From: Candidatus Giovannonibacteria bacterium
GTDB taxonomy: Bacteria; Patescibacteriota; Minisyncoccia; UBA11713; 2-01-FULL-45-33
Length of the DNA: 64,000 nt
NCBI GenBank assembly: GCA_016176295.1
Contig: JACOXN010000006.1
Coordinates: 18,466-82,465 of the forward strand
Reading direction: 5' to 3'
A program made the translations under genes and the position numbers. This document shows positions 57,867 to 64,000 of the stretch, in pieces. Position 1 is the stretch's first letter. Each line of letters opens with the position of its first letter. The notes under the pieces were generated by a model that searched no databases, was not told the origin of the DNA, and saw only the letters and a program-made list of their open reading frames with translations.

Positions 57867-58429
57867 TTGGGCATCTTGAGGGGGAAATACTGTTTAAGGG
57901 AGAAAAATACATTATTTTAGACGTCGGTGGAGTGGGTTACAAAGTTTTCACCAACTCTTCCGCCAAAGGTTTGGAGTTAAAATCCAAAGTTAAACTCTGG
58001 ACGCATCTCAACGTCAAGGAAGACGCTCTCGACCTTTATGGTTTTGCGAATAAAAGCGAGCTCGAATTTTTTGAGCTTTTAATTTCCATCTCCGGCATCG
58101 GACCCAAATCAGCTTTGGGTGTTTTGGCGCTGGCGCCCGTGGATATTTTAAAGCGCGCCATCGGAGCGGGCGATACTTCTTATCTCACCAAAGTTTCCGG
58201 CATTGGCAGAAAAATGTCCGAGAAGATAGTTTTGGAATTAAAAGATAAAATGGGTTACGGCAAGGTTTCCGACGGGGGAGAAGGGCTTAAAGAAGATGCC
58301 GATATTCTGGATGCTCTCCTTTCGCTGGGCTACACACAGAGGGATGCCAGGGAGATGATACAAAAAATACCGGCAGAAATATTGGGCCGGGAAAAGAGAT
58401 TAAAAGAAGCGTTAAAAAAACCGGCATGA
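57863..58429 (+). CDS. ruvA: Holliday junction branch migration protein RuvA
   Basis: MIGHLEG, DVGGVGY, LYGF, ISGIGPKSAL, VSGIGRK. Confidence 0.96.
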   Translation: MIGHLEGEILFKGEKYIILDVGGVGYKVFTNSSAKGLELKSKVKLWTHLNVKEDALDLYGFANKSELEFFELLISISGIGPKSALGVLALAPVDILKRAIGAGDTSYLTKVSGIGRKMSEKIVLELKDKMGYGKVSDGGEGLKEDADILDALLSLGYTQRDAREMIQKIPAEILGREKRLKEALKKPA

Positions 58430-58472
58430 ATTTTATTTGCGGGTAATTTAACCATATAACTATTTAACTAAC

Positions 58473-58988
58473 TTGGCTTGGTGGGACATATTCACTCGAT
58501 ATTTGAAAGAATCCGGGCTGGAGCCCGCGGAGGATAAGTCTGAAGCCGTTTCCAATGTGTCTCTGAAGTTAAGAACATTCCGGCAAATGCTGGATGATGC
58601 TTTCTTTGACGAAATGGTGGACATCCTTTATTTTTGGCTGGGTGTTTTTACATATGTATATTTCTTTACCATTGCGCTTTTGTATTTCGGCTCGATACCC
58701 TATACCCAGACCGTTTCTTCCAAAATAATCTCGGCGTTGGCCGAGCCCTATCTTGGCGCCGTCGGTATTTACACTATTCTCAAAGAGACCAGAAAGCGAA
58801 AAAGGAGGCTATCTCCGCGCCACTGGGGGGAGTTATTCGTCGGCGGATGGCTGGCACTTCTGCTTTCCGCTTCGTTTCTGGCTTTTTTCTTTGACGTTTA
58901 TACTTTAAATAATATACTTGAGGATATTATCACTATTTCGCTCGCTGTCGCCATTATTTATGTCGGAGGTTCCGTGCACAAACCATAG
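58473..58988 (+). CDS. Four-TM membrane protein
   Basis: Four hydrophobic segments; packed in the operon. Confidence 0.7.
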   Translation: MAWWDIFTRYLKESGLEPAEDKSEAVSNVSLKLRTFRQMLDDAFFDEMVDILYFWLGVFTYVYFFTIALLYFGSIPYTQTVSSKIISALAEPYLGAVGIYTILKETRKRKRRLSPRHWGELFVGGWLALLLSASFLAFFFDVYTLNNILEDIITISLAVAIIYVGGSVHKP

Positions 58989-58990
58989 CC

Positions 58991-60202
58991 ATGCTGGATA
59001 GGATATTCTACATCGGGAAGAAAATAATTCCCCGGCCGGTTTTTGTTTTTTTCCAGCCTTATTATCATTGGTCACTTTCGCATTTTGCGGCGCTTTTTTA
59101 CGGTTTTCCCTCCCGGCACATCGTCGTTATCGGGGTCACTGGAACCAACGGAAAAACGACGGTGACGCATCTTCTTTCTAAAATCTTGGAAAGTTCGGGC
59201 TTAAAGGCGGCATCCGTCTCTTCACTCCGTTTTAAAATAAAGGAGAAAGAATGGAAGAACGAGCTCAAAATGACCATGCCAGGAAGGTTCAAAGTGCAGA
59301 AATTTTTAAGGGAGGCGGTACGCGCCGGCTGCACACACGCGATTCTGGAAGTCACTTCCGAAGGAATCAAGCAGTTCAGACACTCGGGTATAAATTTTCA
59401 TATGGCGGTCCTCACGAATGTTACCCCGGAGCATATTGAGTCGCACGGCGGATTCGAAAAATACCGGGCCGCAAAGGCCGAGCTCTTCAGGCGCGCTAAA
59501 ATCCACGTGCTGAACAAGGAAGACGAAAATTTCGAATATTTTAACGTCATCCCGGCGGAGAAAAAAATAATTTATACAAAAGAAAGTTTGCCCCGGAACA
59601 TACGTCTTAAACTTCCCGGAGATTTTAACCTTTCCAATGCCGCGGCCGTATACGTTGCGGCGCGCGAATTCGACGTTTCCGAAGAAAAGATAAAAGAAGT
59701 GCTGGAAAAAACGGAATTCATAGACGGGCGGCTGGAATTCGTCGTGCGCGAACCGTTTTCGGTGGTAGTTGATTATGCACATACCCCGGATGCGCTCCAG
59801 AAGGTTTATGAAACGTTAAGCACACAAGATTCAAGATTAATTTGTGTTCTTGGGGCGGCAGGTGGAGGTAGGGATAAGTGGAAAAGGCGCGAATTTGGTA
59901 AAATTGCCGCGAAGCACTGCGGAGAAATAATTTTAACCAACGAAGATCCATATGACGAAGACCCCGGCCAAATACTCTCTGAAATAGAATCCGGAGTTTC
60001 CAATTTTAAATTTCCAATTTCCAAAATTCTGGATCGAAAAGATGCAATTAGAGAAGCGTTAAAGCTAGCCAAATCTGGTGACACTGTAATTATCACGGGA
60101 AAGGGCGCGGAACCATGGCTTATGGGTCCCAATGGAACAAAAATTCCCTGGGATGACAGGGAAGTTGTTCGGGAAGAACTAAGAAATTTAAAATTTAAAT
60201 GA
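58991..60202 (+). CDS. murE: Mur ligase (MurE-like)
   Basis: GVTGTNGKTT, EVTSEG, DYAHTP, GGGRD, NEDPYDE, ITGKG. Confidence 0.88.
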   Translation: MLDRIFYIGKKIIPRPVFVFFQPYYHWSLSHFAALFYGFPSRHIVVIGVTGTNGKTTVTHLLSKILESSGLKAASVSSLRFKIKEKEWKNELKMTMPGRFKVQKFLREAVRAGCTHAILEVTSEGIKQFRHSGINFHMAVLTNVTPEHIESHGGFEKYRAAKAELFRRAKIHVLNKEDENFEYFNVIPAEKKIIYTKESLPRNIRLKLPGDFNLSNAAAVYVAAREFDVSEEKIKEVLEKTEFIDGRLEFVVREPFSVVVDYAHTPDALQKVYETLSTQDSRLICVLGAAGGGRDKWKRREFGKIAAKHCGEIILTNEDPYDEDPGQILSEIESGVSNFKFPISKILDRKDAIREALKLAKSGDTVIITGKGAEPWLMGPNGTKIPWDDREVVREELRNLKFK

Positions 60203-60693
60203 AAAATATATATTTGGTCATGCACAATATCCGGAGCCTGCACAATGTAGGCTCGATGTTCCGGACGGCGGACGCTATGGGGGTGAAAAAAATATATCTC
60301 ACCGGTTACACGCCCGCACCTTTCGATATTTTCGGAAAAGTCAGGAAAGATTTTCAGAAGACGGCATTGGGAGCTGAAAGTTACGTGGAGTGGGAAAAAA
60401 TAAAAAGCATCAACTCGGTTTTTAAAAAAGTAAAGAAAGAAAAAGTTTTTATTGCGGCTCTTGAGCAGGCAAAAAACAGCATTTTGCTCTGTCATTTTGC
60501 AACAAAATCATTACTTAGCAATCCGATTGCTAAGCGTGGGGTTGCGGTAGTGGTTGGAAATGAAGTAAAAGGAATTTCACCCGCAATCCTCAAAAAATGT
60601 GACAGAATCCTTGAAATCCCGATGCTTGGCAAAAAAGAATCTTTGAATGTTTCTGTGGCGGCGGGTATCGCGCTTTATGCATTCTCAAGGTAA
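60199..60693 (+). CDS. SpoU/TrmH family RNA methyltransferase
   Basis: NIRSLHNVGSMFRTAD, VGNEVKG, IPMLGKKESLNVSVA. Confidence 0.92.
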   Translation: MKNIYLVMHNIRSLHNVGSMFRTADAMGVKKIYLTGYTPAPFDIFGKVRKDFQKTALGAESYVEWEKIKSINSVFKKVKKEKVFIAALEQAKNSILLCHFATKSLLSNPIAKRGVAVVVGNEVKGISPAILKKCDRILEIPMLGKKESLNVSVAAGIALYAFSR

Positions 60694-60702
60694 AATGACG
60701 GT

Positions 60703-60906
60703 ATGGCTTCAAATGAACAATTGCCCGACCTCTTTGGGGAGAAACACGAAGACTTAAGCAAGTTAAATCCGATCCGGAAGGTTTTGCGCCAGATGGAAAT
60801 ATTGGAGGAAGAAAGAAAAAAGAAAACCGAAGAAGCTAAAAAAGAGGAGCGAAAAAAAATGACGGAAGAAAATCCTAATTTGAAGAATCTCCGCGGAGGC
60901 GTATAA
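60703..60906 (+). CDS. Small charged hypothetical protein
   Basis: ATG preceded by TAAAAT; fills the gap between neighbours. Confidence 0.6.
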   Translation: MASNEQLPDLFGEKHEDLSKLNPIRKVLRQMEILEEERKKKTEEAKKEERKKMTEENPNLKNLRGGV

Positions 60907-60914
60907 TTAAAAAT

Positions 60915-61316
60915 ATGCTAAGTATTTTCCCAAGTTTGCTTGATTATCAATTTTTTGCGCCTCTTATTCTGCGTCTGGCTTTGGCTGCTGTTTTTCTCGT
61001 GCATGGATACCCGAAGCTTTTCGGGGGCTTTAGCCACGCGGTTCATTTTTTCAATTCCTCCGGCATCAAGCCGGCCAAATTTTGGGTAGTAGTTGTGGGC
61101 TTAGCTGAATTATTAGGCGGCATACTGCTCCTTGCCGGTTTTCTGGTCCAGCCGGCGGCGTTTATTTTGGTTGCCAATCTTTTGGTGGCTATCTGGAAAG
61201 TTAAGTTTAAAGCGGGATTTGCGAACGGCTGGGAATTCGACCTGGTTCTCATTGCGATGCTTCTTTCGCTTTTGATACTGGGGCCCGGAGCCTATTCCAT
61301 AGATTTACCTCTATAA
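60915..61316 (+). CDS. DoxX family membrane protein
   Basis: LRLALAAVFLVHGYPK, ELLGG, GWEFDL, GPGAYSID. Confidence 0.9.
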   Translation: MLSIFPSLLDYQFFAPLILRLALAAVFLVHGYPKLFGGFSHAVHFFNSSGIKPAKFWVVVVGLAELLGGILLLAGFLVQPAAFILVANLLVAIWKVKFKAGFANGWEFDLVLIAMLLSLLILGPGAYSIDLPL

Positions 61317-61371
61317 ATACCTTCTCAAACGAATATTTGAAGAAGTGCCTCTGGCGTGGTACAAATTACTA

Positions 61372-62205
61372 ATGAACCCCGGAGACATAGTTTTTGATGT
61401 TGAGACAAAAAAGTCATTCGACGATGTGGGCGGGAAGGACCACATGGAAAAATTGGGGATATCTGTCATTGGCGCGTTCGTTTACGGAGAAAACCTGCCT
61501 GCCGGTCAGGCAGGCAAATATATTGCTTACGAAGAGCACGAACTTCCGGAATTTGAAAAACTTTTGAAAACCTCCGGGCGCGTCATCGGTTTCAATATTC
61601 ACCACTTCGATCTTCCGGTCCTCCAGCCCTACATGTCTTTCAATTTAAAAGAACTCTCAACCCTCGACCTGATGAACGACGTCGAAAAATCGGCCGGTTT
61701 CCGCATTTCGCTCGATAATCTTTGCGGAGCAACGTTCGGCCACAATAAGTCTTCCAACGGCATGCAGGCGATATATTGGTACCGCGAAGGGAAAATAGAG
61801 GAAATAAAAAAATATTGCATTAAGGATGTGGAGCTTACTAAAGACCTCTTTGAATACGGCGCAAAGAACGGCCAGGTGTTTTTTAATCCCAGGAACGCGC
61901 CGGGGAAAGTCGCTCTCTCCGTCGGGTGGGGGAACGCGGAAGTAAAAAATATCAGAAAAATATTGAAGCAGGGGCTGGAGGAGAAGCGAAGCATCGAACT
62001 TGAATATATCACAAAGCCTGAAGCTTCAGCCGAAGCCGTTTCTCGAAGGCTGGTTGATATTTACCGAATGAAGGGCGACTCGTTTGAGGGGTATTGCCAT
62101 TTGAGGAAAGCCGAGCGAGTATTCAAGATAGACAGGATAACGGACGCGCGCCTTACCAATAATGAATTTAAGTTAATTACGGATGTCCAAGGAAGTATTT
62201 TTTAA
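61372..62205 (+). CDS. RNase H-like (YprB/DEDD) nuclease fused to a C-terminal WYL domain
   Basis: VFDVET, GFNIHHFDLP, YCIKDV; ELEY...RRLVD...GYCHLRKAERVFKIDRI. Confidence 0.8.
   Translation: MNPGDIVFDVETKKSFDDVGGKDHMEKLGISVIGAFVYGENLPAGQAGKYIAYEEHELPEFEKLLKTSGRVIGFNIHHFDLPVLQPYMSFNLKELSTLDLMNDVEKSAGFRISLDNLCGATFGHNKSSNGMQAIYWYREGKIEEIKKYCIKDVELTKDLFEYGAKNGQVFFNPRNAPGKVALSVGWGNAEVKNIRKILKQGLEEKRSIELEYITKPEASAEAVSRRLVDIYRMKGDSFEGYCHLRKAERVFKIDRITDARLTNNEFKLITDVQGSIF
61494..61514. repeat. Family A element in frame (LPAGQAG)
   Basis: cctgcctgccggtcaggcagg. Confidence 0.85.
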
Positions 62206-62665
62206 TTTTTTAGGGAATACCCTCACCCTCGATGCAGTGATCGCGGGGATTTCCGATTTCATTAAGAAAGAACCCGGCAGAAAGTACAAAATAATAATCG
62301 GTACTGACTCGATGGCAGCCAACGAGACTTTTTTCGTCAGCGCCGTAACCGTCTGGAGGGTAGGGAACGGCGGGATACATTTTTGGTCCCGGTCGGAGAA
62401 GATAAAATGCCACAATCTGCGCGACCGCATCAACCGCGAGGCGATTCAGTCAATAACTTTGGCTCAGGAAGTGAGGGGCAGGCTTAAAGAAACTTTGGGC
62501 GATGAATTTTTCTGGGATGACCAGGTCCATATAGATATCGGGCGCCAAGGTCCAACGAAGGAATTCGTGGACTCGATTGTGGGAATGGTAAAAGCCTACG
62601 GGTTTGAAGCCGTTATCAAGCCATACTCTTTCGGAGCTTCTGTCGTGGCCGACAGGCACACTTAA
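62183..62665 (+). CDS. YkuK-like RNase H-fold protein
   Basis: IIIGTDS, RVGNGG, HIDIG..GPT, IKPYSFGASVVADRHT. Confidence 0.85.
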   Translation: MSKEVFFNFLGNTLTLDAVIAGISDFIKKEPGRKYKIIIGTDSMAANETFFVSAVTVWRVGNGGIHFWSRSEKIKCHNLRDRINREAIQSITLAQEVRGRLKETLGDEFFWDDQVHIDIGRQGPTKEFVDSIVGMVKAYGFEAVIKPYSFGASVVADRHT

Positions 62666-62671
62666 AATTAT

Positions 62672-63091
62672 ATGTTAATTATAGTCACTTACATTATTGG
62701 TGCATTTTTAATCGCAGTAGTTTTTGTATTGCCCCATGCTTTATTAACTTTCAGACGAAAAAAACTGCAGGAGTTAGCTAATAAATATAATTTAAAATTT
62801 GAAATTATTCGTACGCCATTTTTTAAATTTAATTTTCCTCCCGGCAGAATTGTGTTGCAGAAAATTTCCGGTAATTTAAATGGACATGCGGTAGAAATTA
62901 CGGATGAAGCCATGGTTTTTCTTTTTATGGGCGGATGGATTGAAAATAGCTGGAATGATATATGGAATGATCCGTTTATTTCGTACAAACGGACTCGTTA
63001 CGTTTACGATAAAGGTGAAGAATTGTTAAAAAATTTTGGCGGATTCGCTAGTATTAAAAGTTTAGATAGTCGCTTAAGAAAGCTATTGTAG
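62672..63091 (+). CDS. Hypothetical protein with N-terminal TM
   Basis: AT-rich ORF, one TM. Confidence 0.6.
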   Translation: MLIIVTYIIGAFLIAVVFVLPHALLTFRRKKLQELANKYNLKFEIIRTPFFKFNFPPGRIVLQKISGNLNGHAVEITDEAMVFLFMGGWIENSWNDIWNDPFISYKRTRYVYDKGEELLKNFGGFASIKSLDSRLRKLL

Positions 63092-63094
63092 TTT

Positions 63095-63166
63095 GTCTCC
63101 ATAGCTCAACGGATAGAGCGCAGCCCTCCGAAGGCTGAAATTCCAGTTCGAGTCTGGATGGGGACA
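63095..63166 (+). tRNA. tRNA-Arg(CCG)
   Basis: Acceptor GTCTCCA/TGGGGAC, D arm AGCTCAACGGATAGAGC, anticodon arm CAGCC-CT CCG AA-GGCTG, T loop GTTCGAG; CCA not encoded. Confidence 0.95.
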
Positions 63167-63179
63167 CAAAATTACAGGT

Positions 63180-63203
63180 TCCCTGCCTGCCGGCAGGCAG
63201 GGA
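63180..63203. repeat. Family A element, intergenic perfect palindrome
   Basis: tccctgcctgccggcaggcaggga. Confidence 0.9.
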
Positions 63204-63292
63204 TTTTTACCCGCCTCTGGCGTGGCCTGTCGAGGGCATAAATAAAATAGTTCGCCATATCATGCGATATGGCGTCCCGTCGGATGACGGGG

Positions 63293-63312
63293 CGAGTCTG
63301 GACGGGGACACA
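63293..63312 (+). repeat. Duplicate of the tRNA-Arg 3' end (att-like)
   Basis: cgagtctggacggggacaca versus 63149-63168 cgagtctggatggggacaca (19/20). Confidence 0.8.
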
Positions 63313-63359
63313 GAGAAGGATTATAATAAAAGTATTCATAACTTCTTACTAATAAAAAT

Positions 63360-63740
63360 ATGGAAAATAAAAACGAGAAAAATATTGAAGACTTACAAAT
63401 TAAAGACCCGGTTGAAGCTGCTAATACTTTGATTGAACAGTATAATGATCTACAGACATACACAAAAGAAAAGTGGGCAGAGCCGCCCAGCGATAAGTAT
63501 CATAGCGATGAAAATCAAGCTATGGCTGAAGACGACGGGGCTAAATTAGAAATAGAAAGAGTTGAGGACTTGTTTACGGATTTATGGCAAGAAGATATCG
63601 CTTCTGAAATCAAAGAAGCCACTTTGCGCAAACTTCTGGATATAGGGCGGGAGGATGTTGTGAGACAAATAGCTAAGTTTAACGATATTTCCGATTTTGT
63701 TGATCAAGCAACTTTGGAAAAGGTTCGTGGCGCCAAATAA
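63360..63740 (+). CDS. Acidic hypothetical protein
   Basis: 126-aa ORF downstream of the att-like repeat. Confidence 0.65.
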   Translation: MENKNEKNIEDLQIKDPVEAANTLIEQYNDLQTYTKEKWAEPPSDKYHSDENQAMAEDDGAKLEIERVEDLFTDLWQEDIASEIKEATLRKLLDIGREDVVRQIAKFNDISDFVDQATLEKVRGAK

Positions 63741-63793
63741 ATCTTAACCACTGGGGCTCCGTTATTTTTTGTGTTACGCCTCTACGTCAAACT

Positions 63794-64000
63794 ATGAAAA
63801 TAGGTATCATCGGTAGTATGCAATTTACGGAAAAAATGATCAAAGCTCGTGACGAGCTTATTAAGCTTGGACACGACGCTTTTGTTACAAGTCTTACATC
63901 TCCGTTCATAGGAAAAACTGATGAAGAGAAGGAGGTTATTAAGATACACCAAAAACACAACCTCGATGCAATTAGGGAATTTTGGTCATTAATGCAAGGA
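63794..64000 (+). CDS. Hypothetical protein, possibly nucleoside 2-deoxyribosyltransferase-like (runs off window)
   Basis: MKIGIIGSMQFTEKMIKARDELIKLGHDAFV..., open to the window end. Confidence 0.55.
   Translation, partial: MKIGIIGSMQFTEKMIKARDELIKLGHDAFVTSLTSPFIGKTDEEKEVIKIHQKHNLDAIREFWSLMQG

Noticed and set aside
59996..60026. ttccaatt-like short repeat in murE (SNFKFPISK)
   Set aside because: Possibly a low-complexity insertion, but too short and single-copy here to support a call.
1..64000. CRISPR array or cas genes
   Set aside because: No regularly spaced direct repeats with unique spacers; the palindromes are dispersed single copies.

Overview
This window looks like the chromosomal origin region of a small-genome bacterium. 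Gene content and style point to Patescibacteria/CPR (Parcubacteria-like); that assignment is an inference. The housekeeping backbone is fusA, comM, dinB/lexA, pcrA, jag-yidC-rnpA-rpmH-dnaA-oriC-dnaN, PBP1A, tyrS, ruvC/ruvB/ruvA, pilB, tsaE, polA, holA, rpsT, uvrB, murE and tRNA-Arg(CCG). Notable accessory signals: (1) A diversity-generating retroelement sits between uvrB and ruvA. Its 122-nt VR/TR pair has 22 mismatches, all at TR adenines, but its Avd and RT genes are both 5'-truncated and the RT also has a nonsense codon. (2) Several families of short palindromic elements are inserted in frame inside housekeeping proteins (ComM, RnpA, PolA, KsgA, an RNase H-like nuclease, Avd). (3) An A-B-A-B array of four solute-binding proteins with no transporter precedes a histidine kinase and a double-receiver regulator. 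(4) There is a VirB4/PrgI/VirB6-like/pilin secretion cluster. (5) A ~160-nt structured ncRNA candidate lies between ruvB and pilB. (6) TANNNT boxes sit 6-8 nt before many start codons, suggesting leaderless mRNAs. (7) ksgA is broken, a tRNA 3' end is duplicated, and there is an unannotated hyper-acidic microprotein. All calls come from reading the sequence by eye; no database searches were run.
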